This document shows, piece after piece, positions 1 to 13,400 of a stretch of 64,000 nucleotides of DNA; the first letter of the stretch is position 1, and the number at the start of each line of letters is the position of its first letter. Source of the stretch: Vairimorpha necatrix (lineage: Eukaryota); NCBI GenBank assembly GCA_036630325.1, contig CP142735.1:930001-994000 (forward strand), given 5' to 3'. The notes below the pieces were generated by a model. The model made no database searches, was not told the origin of the DNA, and saw only the letters and a list, made by a program, of their open reading frames with translations. A program made the translations under genes and the position numbers.

Positions 1-3000
1 TTCGCGCTATTAAAAAAGAGTAAGAAAGAATTTACTATCTATGATATAAACGAACATTTGGATTAATTTGAGATTCCTTATCATAGTAAGATTTTATTGT
101 ACTTATAAATAAAGCCGTAAGCTTTGTAACTAGAATTTTGCAAAGAATAATCAAAGTTCATTTCACCAATATTAAACTTTGGAAATTTTTTCTGATGAAA
201 TTAGATAAGATAACCATTGAGTTAAGTGTACGCAGCTTTTTGTGAAAAAAAATCTTTAATATGATCTTAAGATAGAAACATAGAATTAAGAAAAACATTA
301 AGCGGTGGTGATTTCAAAATAAAGGCTTTATTCAAGAACGCATCTATATATTTACGGGTTAGAAATATTAGATTTTTTATGAAATTGAAATAGCTCTCCA
401 TACATGTTGTTGGTAACTGATGCTTTGCGCAAAATCTATATCAAGAATTTATTAAGAACGAAGAGCAACTAATCAAGAAAAACTAAAAAAATGAAAGATC
501 GCCAATGAAAATAATTTTTTGGTTTTTGATGTTAGTACAAACGAAGACATTTATTCGTAAAATTAAAAATTTACGAATTATTATAAAAATACAAATCATA
601 GAGCCAAAAATAGAGTATACAATTTTAAATACGATTCTACCTAGGTACAGACATCTAGGGACATGAAAACTAACGTGGACATTAAATAATACTACTCTGT
701 GAGTATTCTTCTCCTTACCATGTATAATTTTTAAGGAAAAATGGTTTATTTCTCCGACTAAAATTATAAATGAAAATCAAACCCTTGGGGCTATAAGTGA
801 TATAAAAAGTTAAGTTTGAAACATTCTTTCCGGCCGATGAGAAATTATCAGTCCTCAAAGTCTATCGAATGGAATAAGTAAAAATTGATAGGGGTTGTAC
901 CTTTGTAAAAGTGTCCAAAATACAACGGAAAAGAAACTAGGAAACTTATTCTGTTAATACAACGAGATATATTAAGATATTTTGTTTATAACTCGCCGAG
1001 TACATATGAAAGGGGTTTCTATGAGAAAATTGCAGTTAAGTTACAAATACAATGGTCATTGCCTTTGCGTTAATGTCGTTAAATGGAAATTTTCCAAAGA
1101 TTTATATGCAAAAAACCTAAAGAAAGACAAATACTGATAACTATTTATCATAAACATAAAGGGTATAAAACACATCGTTCAACGCTAAATACTGCTCATA
1201 ATAAGCTAGAATTCAAAGCTACAGAAATAATAGTATATTTTTGCCGATAATAGGAACATTGTATGATACTTTCATAATGGGGCTAGAAGTTGAGTTAAAG
1301 GTAAAATTTATAATACTATAGAAATAAATTTAAGCTTTCACGTTAAACCTTAACGCATGATGATGTTTTAAAGATTTAAAATTTCATAGTACTTCCTGTT
1401 AAAGTCTTCAAAGTAATTATACCAGCAAGATAAAAACTGTTTTTGAAAAAACACTTAAAAAATTAAAGTATAGAGGCCTGAAATAAAATATAAGTAATAA
1501 AATAAAATTTTTGGGTAGTCTTAAAACTTTATAACCTTAACAAAATTTTTGTAGATTCTATGGGTACGATTATTATTATATTCTATTGAAAATAACGTTA
1601 TAACATAAAGTATCATATATTAACGAATGTTTAAAATTTATGCTTATGCTTGAGGGATACCTTACATAATTTTACAAACTTAGTCTATATGAAAAGAATT
1701 TTTTGAGTTGACACAGCAATTTTAGATGTTTTAAGTGTGGCAGGGCCACATTGTATTTCTATATATTGTCCAACGGAATTGGAAATTTGACTTGAGTTAT
1801 AAATAGGAATAAAAACTATAAATCAGCATGGCAAATTAATGCAGTGAAAAATGTAAGAAATGTGCATTTAAAAGCTTGCACAGGGAAGGTATATCCATCG
1901 ATGATATAACAACAGTTTGTATATGTAGTCTTTTTATTACCACTTTACACAAATCTAGATCAAGGTCCTAACAAAACTTTTCTCGGGTCGTAATACCGAT
2001 TGTCTGTACTGTGTATATATTAAATAAAGCGTAAAAGGATTTAACTTTTAATTAACTGTAGACTACGTAAGTTATTCGTAAATAAGTTTATTTGGGAACT
2101 GACGGTTATAAATAAAAAAATTTTAGGCCGATATTTATGCATTCAAACTCCGCTAAAATTAATGGAACATTGTAAACGAAATAATGATTCTATCTATAAG
2201 TTTGTTTAGTATTCTAATTTTTACAATATGAATTAATCAGAACAAAATTAAATTTTTAATTATGATTTGATAGTGTTTGAAAGGTATGAGTTTTTAGGTT
2301 AATTAACAGCCTGTAAAGTGTATTTTATATTTTATTATATACTTATAATAGTGTCGTTTTTAGTATCCCTCAAGGTTTCAAGTATCGTTATTCTTATTTT
2401 TTGTGTTAAATAGTTGAAATTTCATTTTTTTAATAATGATTTGATAAATTTAACACATATATTATAAAATATACGAACAGATATGAATGTTGTAATAGGA
2501 CTGTGACTAATATGTATATTCTTGCTGACATGATCATAAAAATTTTGTTAGCTCTATTGTTGCAAAAATTATTTTATATGTACTCTTGTTATTCTGAAAA
2601 AAGACCTAATTAAAAATCTAATATTGTATAATGATTTATGACATATTAATTAAACCCATGATTGCTGTTTTTTTTTCTATAGCTACATTTTGTGCACAGA
2701 AAAAAAAATAAATATTTTCTCCATTAAATTTTTTGATAAATTTCCGTCGTTTAGCACCAATATTTATAATTTTAATCAATATATATTGATTGGGCAAATC
2801 TTTCGATTTTGTCAGTCATTTGAATAATTTAACAAATAGAAATTCTTAGATTTTTATATTCGGTTGAATTAGTATTTTTTAAAATGTATATAATCAAATA
2901 GTATTTAAGTATAAAGATACCAAGGTAACATAAATTTATTCTATGATTTTCATATCCTATCATTACAATATAAATAGAAATAAGCACAACTTATATGGCC

Positions 3001-3699
3001 GATTAAAGCTATCGTTTGACATAAAATATGATAATTGACACAGAATTTTTTTTCAATGAAAAGCTATTGATATCGGGTCAGAGCACAGTGGATAAGAATA
3101 TTTCGATTCACCACATGTTGTAGAATACAATAATTTACCAAGAAGCTACGGGCCCTTACATAATTATGAATATGACTAATGTATATAAACATATTTCAAT
3201 GCTTTAAATTTATGTTGCGAAAAAACAATAGTACGATAGTATTTTTCATTTGTAAATTTGACATTCTTCTAGATTTTTTTTAGAGCTTAACAAATCAATT
3301 TGACATGCCAAAAAATAAATAAATAAAAAGTTTGATAGGATTATTTGATGTTTGCCCAATTATTCTTATTACTATAAAATCTTAAATATTTTGTATTCGT
3401 TATGTTTGTTCAGGCAAGCTTACATCTCTATAGCATACTGTTTATAATACAATCAAAATTTGTATGTCTAAAAACTAGTTCAACTGATACTCTTTGCTTT
3501 AATATAATTTAATATGGAACAATTACTAAAATGGTCCGACAGGTGATACAATCATTTATAGATAAACTTTATTGGTTGGCTTTTTAAATATGATCGCAAG
3601 CGAATATTTGTACCAATAAAGATTATATGTGACGAATAATATTTTTTACAATAATTAATGGTACTATTTAATAACTAGGAAAATTATGTTTAATCAAAT

Positions 3700-5358
3700 A
3701 TGAACAATGAAAACTCTTCATTGTCTTTTGAAGATAGTTTATATGATGAAATACTTTCTAACGGCGAAATTGATGACAATGAATATGTAGAAAATGAACA
3801 TTTGGCTTATTACAAAATTTTGAAACTACTAGGAACTGGCTCTAGTTCAAAAGTCGTTTTAACGGTCAACACAATTAACAACGAACAAGTAGCTATAAAA
3901 ATAATTAAAAGAAAATCAAGTCATGAGTTTAAAAAAAGTGATTCTAGAATTTTTAGAGAGATAGTAATGTCTACGCTTATTAATCATCCATATATAGTGC
4001 GATTGAAAGATTTCTTATTTAGTAAATCGTATTATTTCCTTATTTTTGAATATGTAAATGGTAAACAATTGTATGATTTAATCGTAGATGAAGGATTTTT
4101 ACAAGAAAAAGTAGCTCGGAGATACTTCCGACAAATAGTATCGGCTATTTCTTATATACATAATAATAGTATAGTTCATAGAGATTTAAAGATAGAAAAT
4201 ATTTTATTAGATGAAAATGATAATATAAAAATAATAGATTTTGGATTATCAAATTTTTACGACAACAAAATGTTACTTAACACTTTCTGTGGATCGTTAT
4301 ATTTTGCAGCACCTGAACTATTAAAAGGTAACAGGTATTGTGGACCAGAAATAGACATTTGGAGTTTGGGAGTAATTTTATTTGTGTTATTAAATGGTTC
4401 AGTGCCTTTTGATGACAAAGAAGTGACGCAGTTACAAGATAAAATTAAAGCAGGAAATTTTCAATTTACCAATGGGATATCTGAAGATTCTAAAGATTTA
4501 GTTATCAAGATGTTACAACCAAATCCCCTTAGTAGAATCCATTTACCACAAGTTTTAGAACATAGATGGATTAATATTGGTTATGATATTCCTATAAATA
4601 ATTATTTATTAAAAAGATATCCGCTTAAAGATATTAGTAGAGGTCATATAGAAGCTCTTTCTTCCGTTATGAATTTTCAATTTCGGAATCTCAAGAGAGA
4701 AATATTAAAATATTATAATATTTGTGTCAACGAAGAGGATTCATTAAAACATGATTATTGGATTAAGAGACCAGTTATTTGTATGTATTATATGATGTTA
4801 GAGATATTTGAGGATGATAGAAGAGATGAATCAATTAGTGATTTTTTATTAGAAATTGAGGAAGAAAATCTGACGAACAATATTTCGTTTTCAGACGACA
4901 CAAAGATTTTTTTATACAAACTTAATAGATTTGTTAGCTATGTCATTTCTAAGGAGAAATTGAGTCCTTGTTCTAAATTTTATAAAAAAACGGTATTTGA
5001 TAATTTTGATCTTATTGATCAAAATTCAGGATCTTTTCCTATTATAAAGAATACTTACATTCGCGGCTTTTTCAGAGGCATTAGAATTAAAAATATCGGA
5101 ACTAAGAATGCATTAAAGAAGATTTTAATCGATCTTTTTAATTCCAATAATTTTAAATATAAAATTGATAAGAAATATTTCATATGTGATATTGAGTATA
5201 GCTCTAAGTCTTGTGTGTCATTTAAGATAAGTATGTATTATAACTGTATAGTAGGAGAGTACTATATTAATATTTCACATATTAATGGGGAGAAATCAGA
5301 GTTTGATAATATTTATAATACAGTTTATAAATCATTAAAAGAACAAAGGGTTTTATAA
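3700..5358 (+). CDS. KIN1: Kin1/MARK-family Ser/Thr kinase with probable C-terminal KA1 domain
   Basis: Kinase motifs LGTGSSSKV, VAIK, HRDLKIEN, DFGLSN and TFCGSLYFAAPE (Kin1-type activation segment); C-terminal alpha/beta segment resembles KA1. Confidence 0.85.
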   Translation: MNNENSSLSFEDSLYDEILSNGEIDDNEYVENEHLAYYKILKLLGTGSSSKVVLTVNTINNEQVAIKIIKRKSSHEFKKSDSRIFREIVMSTLINHPYIVRLKDFLFSKSYYFLIFEYVNGKQLYDLIVDEGFLQEKVARRYFRQIVSAISYIHNNSIVHRDLKIENILLDENDNIKIIDFGLSNFYDNKMLLNTFCGSLYFAAPELLKGNRYCGPEIDIWSLGVILFVLLNGSVPFDDKEVTQLQDKIKAGNFQFTNGISEDSKDLVIKMLQPNPLSRIHLPQVLEHRWINIGYDIPINNYLLKRYPLKDISRGHIEALSSVMNFQFRNLKREILKYYNICVNEEDSLKHDYWIKRPVICMYYMMLEIFEDDRRDESISDFLLEIEEENLTNNISFSDDTKIFLYKLNRFVSYVISKEKLSPCSKFYKKTVFDNFDLIDQNSGSFPIIKNTYIRGFFRGIRIKNIGTKNALKKILIDLFNSNNFKYKIDKKYFICDIEYSSKSCVSFKISMYYNCIVGEYYINISHINGEKSEFDNIYNTVYKSLKEQRVL

Positions 5359-8300
5359 ATTATTAAATATTTTCATGTTAAAAATTACAGCACAATATTT
5401 TCGAATGAATTATTTAATATAAGCCTATTGTAAAAAAATAAGTATAAATTAAATTGCATATACATCTTTTTTTTTTTGAACAGAAATATTGTTCTGTTGC
5501 AGTCAAACTTTGTATTATGAATGTTTTTTAAAGAATGTTCAAATGCAATATTAATATATTTAATTAGAAATAAAAAAAAATACGGTTGCAGCACCAAGAA
5601 TTGTTAAATTTCAAAACCATTTATTACTTTATATTTTACGTGAAATAATAAATATTACTATATTAATCCATTTAAAGTTCATATGTGAGCTTATAATTTA
5701 ATTGTCGATTGAGTTTTATAATTGTGAAATAATTTTTAATCCTCCACAAGAGATGTAAAGACATTATCTGTTACTTATCTTTTTTTTGTAGATAAGATGA
5801 AGTTTATATTTGACTAAGTGAAATTGAACTAACAGACTTTTAAGAATAATTAAGTTATTATGACTTTATAGTTTTACATGTATTTTGGAAACACGAATGA
5901 TTCTAAATAGAGAGTAGACAATTATGTACAAAAGATAGGTTATTAAAATTAGTTTTTATTGCTTATTAATGTTATTTTTATAGAACGCGGGCAAACCCCC
6001 CATTACTACTTATAAAATTGGCCGATAATGTCCCAATACGACTGCTTTCTGCTAAATATATGCGTAAATATAATATTTAAAAAAAATGCAGCCATCGTAT
6101 TCACACTTTATTGCATAATAAATTGAATTAATGAAGTTATAATGACTTTAAATTTTACTAGTTACATATACTATATAGTTTATGAGGTGGGATCTTCATG
6201 ATTTTGGAAAATTAGAAGCTCTAGTTTTACATGCATTCTTCTTTTTTTGTTAATTTTAAAGCTAGTGCAATTACTGACCTTACAATTTTTCTTTGTAATA
6301 TTGCACAAATCTTTTTCACTAAAAAAAAGAGTATTTCTAAGCTCTCTCGTTTTATAAGTGTATATTAATATACTTTCACGGCGTGAGCTCTTTTCAGGTT
6401 TGCATCATATCGGTCATGTCTATCTCCGGGTTTATTTCTAGTACTTATATTGTGTCTGATGATATGATTTGCCTTTAAGTATATCTTAGTCTATAATCTG
6501 GGTATACGGATTTTGCTTTTAGTTTAAGACGAAGTGATCATTAACCATGAAAAAATCTCGAAGTCGAGAATGTGTGTCGTATATGAAATCTTGCGTTTTT
6601 GAATTTTATGTAGCTAAAACTCCTTATCTCATTTAAAAATGTCCAAAAATAGTTTGACGCTTTCTTTTTTTTTTTTGTGTCTCATATTTTATATGAAAAA
6701 TTTAAATATTTACTCTTAAAAAATCTATTTTCTTATTTTTTATATTATTTTAAAATATTTCATGTTTCTTTTATTTCTTCTGTATCTATTTTGAGTTTTG
6801 ATAATCTACAAAAGTAGAAATGTTTTATAGCCTCAAACTATCATTGTTGTGTTGTAATTACTATTTATAGCAACAGTTATATTTATATGTCTACTATGTT
6901 TCTGTGACTGTTGTTATATATTATTTTTCTAATCTACATGTTTGAAACGGGTTTGCATGTTAAAATCCAGAAGCACAAACTTACTGGAAGTAGCCAGATT
7001 TTAGGTCCTGTATAAGATGGAAATAATGTATAGATTGTTAAAACGATATATCGCCAAAATTAATTTTTTATTTGTGTATACCAAAAATATATTTTTAAAA
7101 TGCTTCTTATGTTTTCGATTGGTTCTTGAAAGTGTAAATGATTTACAAGTACCAAAGGCATGTAAAATAAAAAGGATTTCTCCGTTACAAGAAGCAATGT
7201 TTTATTTACTTTTTGGCTCTCGATTTGTATGATAGATTAAAAGTTCTTCAGTTAATAAAAAACTTCATAGAATGTAAAGATCTATAATTTATTAATTTCT
7301 TTCTTATAATACATTTTTAATGTTTTCATAAAATCTTTTGTATACAACATACTGTCTATCATATTGCTGTTTTTTTTTCTATCAATGTTAGTATTCGACG
7401 CATTCATTTAGTTTTATAAAAAAGTTCTACATTTATTTGTATTTTTTACCTAGTTCCATTTTCCATTTAAAATTGCAGAGAATTAACGTTTGTAATATCT
7501 TTTAATGTTTTTTTTGTTCTATTCCTTTTAAAAGCATTCAATCTTAGTTTAGATGCATGTAGGCAATACCCTAGGCCCAGGCTGGCGCTGTTTTTTTGCA
7601 AAATACGTAGACAAGTGTCAGAATATTGGAATTTTGCATAAATTTAAATTTTTTTGTTATGATTGTTAGCATATTTTGGCAAATTTTCTTACCCCATGCA
7701 ATATTAGTAACATCCTTCTAATAAATCAAAAAATAATCAAGATCTACATGAGACAATATGTTGGCTTTATAAAAAGACATTATTATTTGCATGAAATTTA
7801 GCGGATTAATGTCATGCACCAAGAAAAGTTCGTAGATTGTTTGGTACAGATACAAATGTAACCGACAATTAAGTAATAAAATCCACATTGGATTTAGTTG
7901 AACCTAATACACATGTCCAAAGACCATAAATGAACATTTATATATTAAATTCTTTTGCTTATTAGCAGTCACATACAACATCCATAATATGTTTAATTGG
8001 TTTCGTTGCCATTGGGCCAAGAATAATGTTTTATGAGACATTAAAAACGAAGAACAGTAATATTAGCAAAAGAGTAGAATATAATAAAGTAATTTAAATA
8101 GTTAAATATTATTTGATAAGAGACTTTACAAAAATATAAGATTTTAACTTGGTATGAGATATTTAACGCACGAAACATGAGATATGATAAATTAATACTT
8201 AACAGTACGATTCAAAGCATGACAAAATTATAAAAAATACATTAAAATTTGATTACATGCACTTCTGTTGAGCATTTTCCTAACCTAACGCAGTCAAATC

Positions 8301-9508
8301 TATCAATAGAGAACATCTCGTTTTGTTGCATATAAAAAAAAGGTTGTTTAAAGCATGTGAAACTCATAATCCAAAATAAAGATGGCGGTTCACGGCTTTT
8401 ATAAAATAAAATAACTAGAATAGAAATTATGATAGTGATGTACTTGTATATTCAAAGTGATAAATATTATATTTATGATATTAAAAGAATTTTTAGGTGT
8501 AATTTTTAATAGACCAAATTTAATTTGCTTTTTCCACATGTCATCTAAAAAAGAAAAAGGCTAGGTTTTTTTGGCATTGCGCTAGCGTAGATATGAATTT
8601 TCAATTATAAATAAGCCAATGATGTTTTCAATGCATTATGTTTCTTTTTTACGAAATGTGTGCGTAATAGTTCAGAAGCCCAAATTATCGAAATGCGCCT
8701 TAAGTTGTAAAACGATCTCAAAAGGCTTCTTTACAATTTTACTTTGATTGTAATTGTAGAATATCTGTGGTCGACATTACACCGAGATAGTTTTTCTGTG
8801 TAATCAAATTGTTGTTTGTAAAAAGGAAATTTAATATCTTTGTATTCGGCTTTCCTTATCCTTCTACATTTCATTTGAGTTATATTCCGCATGTCGTTTA
8901 TTTAGGTTAATTATTCATATAAAGTTCTTATTTGACTATCTCTAAATATCTCGTACATGCATGAATAAAATGGCTAAATCTAATATCTTTTATTTATAAT
9001 GTAAGTTTTTTTAGCTCTAAATTTTTACCTTGTAGTCTTCTTGGAAATGATAGTTTTAATTACAATAAATAAATAGATGATTGCTCATTAAACAATGATT
9101 TTCAAAGTTTAAATTATCAAACAAGATGGGCTGCCTTTGTTGCTTTCGAAAATAAATGCTAAATTGCTGCTTATGCTAATGAGAGAAAATATATGAATTT
9201 CTCTTCGAAATATAAAATTTTAAATCTATGTTAAGAAAGCACTCTTGCTATCATCTCATTTTCTCGTTTTTACTTTTGTTTGCCGATGTTGTCCATCTTC
9301 ATGGATAAATTTTGGTTTTCCAAAAATGGGAGCAATTTAAAACTCAAAAAATCATTGTTACTGTCAAACATGCCCACTATTTTTTACTTTATAATTTATG
9401 CAAAAAATTATTTATTTTTTTTAAAATTGTTGCGAGTTTGTTTATGCAAAATATTAAAATTTAAGTTAATTTTATTAGATACAATGAATTTTTTATATTT
9501 CTAAGGAA

Positions 9509-10489
9509 TTATTCTTTGTCATAAAAAGGGTATCTAATTTCATATTCTTGCTTATTTTGCATTAATGAATTATAATGATATATTTCTGGTGTCTCTTCCT
9601 CTAAATTTTCAGTTTCATTGTAAGGCGTACTAATTAAATCTTGATTATAATTTACCAAATCTTGGTTATAATTTGATAATTCTTGATTGAAATTTGATAA
9701 ATCTTGTGAATCCGTGGGTTCTTCTTTTATTATATTTTTACTTAATTCTTGCACATTAGAATACACGAATTTCTCATTGATTTTTCTAAAACTTTGATGC
9801 AAACCAGCAGAGTGCAAATTTTTTATAAATTTGTAAAATATCGAATTTTTAGATTTGCAATCTTTATAAATCATAATATTTTCTTTAAAAGATTTTAGTA
9901 AATTTGTTGGCTTCTGTAAATCTTCAGATATTTCTGTATTGTCTATTTTTTCTAGAAATAAAAATGCATTTGATTGATTTTTAATATTTAAGTTAACATT
10001 CTTCGGTAAGAATGTTTGTTTGAATTTGAAATATCTTAAAAGGCCCTTATGAAATTTTTCTTTATAAAATTTTTGGTCATCTTCGTATTTATGCACTATT
10101 TCTTTACTTATTCTTTCTTTATTGAGTAGTCTATTGTTTTTATTTATTTTTATAAATTTTTCCTTGTTTATTTCTGCCTCTTTTATTAAATAAATATATT
10201 CATCATAAAATATTATTTTATGACACTGGTTAAATATTTTACTAAGTGGCATGAATTTACATTCCATTAAATATCTTTTTAAATCGATAATCGACTCTTC
10301 TTTTTTTTCTTCTACTTTCTTTTTTCTTATGATTAATCTTTCCTCCTGCTGAACTAAGCGAGAATCTTTCTCAAAATCATAAAGATTTCTTATGTCATTT
10401 TTGTAAGTAAATGTATTGTAAATCTCTAATTTCATACTGTCTAGTTTATTGAAAAGATAATTTAACACTTTCTGCTTTTTATTCTTCAT
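9509..10489 (-). CDS. Hypothetical protein; weak resemblance to Eaf1/Vid21 (NuA4)
   Basis: 326-aa ATG ORF; PLSKIFNQCHKIIFYDEYIYLIKE loosely recalls Eaf1; C-terminal 7-aa repeat (QDLSNFN/QELSNYN/QDLVNYN) at about 9636-9706. Confidence 0.6.
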   Translation of the reverse strand: MKNKKQKVLNYLFNKLDSMKLEIYNTFTYKNDIRNLYDFEKDSRLVQQEERLIIRKKKVEEKKEESIIDLKRYLMECKFMPLSKIFNQCHKIIFYDEYIYLIKEAEINKEKFIKINKNNRLLNKERISKEIVHKYEDDQKFYKEKFHKGLLRYFKFKQTFLPKNVNLNIKNQSNAFLFLEKIDNTEISEDLQKPTNLLKSFKENIMIYKDCKSKNSIFYKFIKNLHSAGLHQSFRKINEKFVYSNVQELSKNIIKEEPTDSQDLSNFNQELSNYNQDLVNYNQDLISTPYNETENLEEETPEIYHYNSLMQNKQEYEIRYPFYDKE

Positions 10490-13400
10490 GTATTTCTAAT
10501 ATCTTTTTTTGGTCTTCCTTATTGTTTGTTTTTATATAAAAAAAAAAGAAAATATTTTTTTGTTTTTTATTTATTTTTTACCCCCAAAAATATAAAATTT
10601 AATAATATAAAATATTAATTATAGAGTTCTCGGACTTAAATAGATGTATTTAAAATAAAATTCTGAGTTATTATATGGGTAATATGTGTATTTAAAACAA
10701 GTTTTTTAAAAAAATTTAATACTAATTTTAAAGTGTTTAATTAACAAAAAAAGCCGTTATTTTTTAAAAAAAATAATTAGATTTTAAAGAAACATGTTGT
10801 CAACTTATTTTTTATTAAAGATTTATAATGACGTGTGTGGGGATTCTGACGCACTGTATTCATTAAAATATTCTGTCAGTTGAAATTTGAGTAACGTGAA
10901 TGACCGTCGTCATTCTTCTTTCTAACAGAATTATTTTATTTTTTGACCCTAAAAAGTAGAAAAAACTTAAACTTTGAAAAACGATGTACAATGTTTTGAA
11001 ATTCATTAAAATCAAATTTAAAGTTAATTTTAAGATATTGTAATTTAGATACTTATTTAAATGGGTGAAAAAAAAACTAGTCAACTATAAATTTTTTTTA
11101 AAAACTGAGCAAATTGCATTTAAAGTCTAAACCAAACTAGAAGATCATTGCCTTAAAAAAATACGAGGCAAATATATAATTAAATAAAAGAATTTTACCA
11201 TATTTTACAAATATTATAGAATTAAAGTCGAAAAGACAACAGACTGTTTTGCAACATCTAGAGATATTTAGAATGAGTTTATAAATACCCTTATGAGTTG
11301 TTTTGGTTTTTTTTTATTTTTGAGATAAATTAAAAGTATAAAATACATTGTCTATGTAAAGTAAAAATTATTACTTAGGTTGTAAAAAAGACAGCAACAA
11401 ATCTATGTGTATAATTACATCTTTTTTCTTCGATTATAATTAAAATTAGACTTTTTTTTTGAAAATTATTATATTCAACTTATATTTTTCTCTTAATGAT
11501 TTTTACAATTATTTAAAATTTATAATCTAAATATAACTATCAAATTAAATATTCTTTCAATCAAAAATCTGTTTTTTAGAATGATTAAGATTAAAAAAAA
11601 GAGCACATAATGAATATATAAAAATAAACCTTTTTTTATATAGTTGTATTTCTAGAGTATTATAAATTTTTAATTTCTAATAACAAAATTGTGCTCTTTT
11701 GATGACCCGATTTTCATCACATGGTTTAGAATTTAAAAAATATAAATGAAATTTTTTTAATAAAATTTTATTATTAATTTGATGATATAGATTAAAAAAC
11801 AAAATCTCTTTTTCGTATTTTATTAATTTTTCTATGGTTGTTGTATATCTTAAGTTATCAAAATTACGCTACATACATTAGTTATACATTATAATTGTAT
11901 TTAATTTGTTAATTATATTGCTTAATGTTTAAACGTGAAAAAAAGATTAATTTAATACTAAAAAAATTGACTGAGAATGATCTTTTTACAACAAAAAAGC
12001 AATAAAATGTAAAACTTTTTAAGTAAACATATAATTAATACATAAAGGTTAAAAAATATAATACTCATGGTATAAACATTGAGGATATTATATCATGTGA
12101 TTATTGTTTTAACTCAAATATAAATTAAAAATTTTAAGATTTACTTTTCTACATACATAATTAATTTATTTTTTAATTCATTAAAAACATTAAAACAATT
12201 ATAAAACATATATAATTGATTGATGTTTCTATTGTCGTATTTTTCAAAATTTCAAGGCTTTTGTATGTTAAAATTATACAACTATGTACACTTCTTCCAA
12301 TTTTAACTTAAGTACTTTGTATAATTAATTGAATATTACCTCACATTATTATATGCAATACAATATTTTTTATTAAACTATACATTGGCGCAACAGAACG
12401 AAACATAAAAAATACTTTGTTTAATTACAAATATAATTCAATGCTGAAATAAACAGAAACAAATACTTTTTTTTTCTAAAAAATATTCATATGTGGGTAA
12501 TTACTTGTTATGTGAGTAGAAATGAATTTCGTATACACACATTACATCTGTGTCATAAGGTTTTATACTTTTCTATCGACAATATCATTAATGACTAGAC
12601 TTATGACAGTACATCTTGTTCAATTTTTTTATAATTAAAAACTTTTGATGCTATTTACCAACACGGCTTTATAAAAACATGAGTAAATGTTATAAATATT
12701 CGCTCAATTATTATTTTATACTGAGATTTGTAATGTATGATACATAAAATTTAGGCCATTGTAGTATTTAGTTATTTAATTTGACAAATGTTTGTATTAT
12801 GCCAGCAAAAAAATGAATGAATTCTAATTATAGTAAATACTTTAAGTATTCTATAAAAAAAAAAATATTTACCATTCATCTTATTATCAAATTATTTATA
12901 ATAAAAAGTTTTAAATTTTGATGAGTGTTTGATTATAAATATCTTTTAATTTTATAGTTTGAAGATTTTTTAACTTAAACATAATTATAGACAGGTTAAT
13001 ATTTAGATTTTTTTTTTCAAATGGTCACTTTTTTTATTTACAAAGCAGCTTAAAATTTTTACTTTATTGTGTTCAGCATTCTATACATCTTTTTAGAAAA
13101 AAATTAAATCAAAGTGAAAAATATATAATCGTTGTTGGTGCTTGATTGTTTAAAATATGATAAAATCCAAAAATTTATCGATGTCTAAATGAAGAGTCAA
13201 AAAATCTTTAAGTATATTGTAAATTATTAACTACATACAATGAAATATACTTCTTTGTAAACAACTCATGTATAATCCACAACAACTTTCTTTAAAGAAT
13301 TTTACATATACTTCTTATTTTTTGAGTGTAAAAATTGATAATTAAATAAGAGTTGAATGCATTTTTAAAAGGTATACAATTGATTTTCATAATTCGTCTA

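Noticed and set aside
1-1330. Purine-rich, stop-riddled stretch with faint MULE/SWIM-like fragments
   Set aside because: Probably decayed coding or TE DNA, but no motif or terminus could be assigned reliably
5980-9400. Possible decayed TE or gene relics (also 13.8-14.5 kb and 26.4-27.5 kb)
   Set aside because: Only isolated weak peptide resemblances; no TIRs, TSDs or continuous frames
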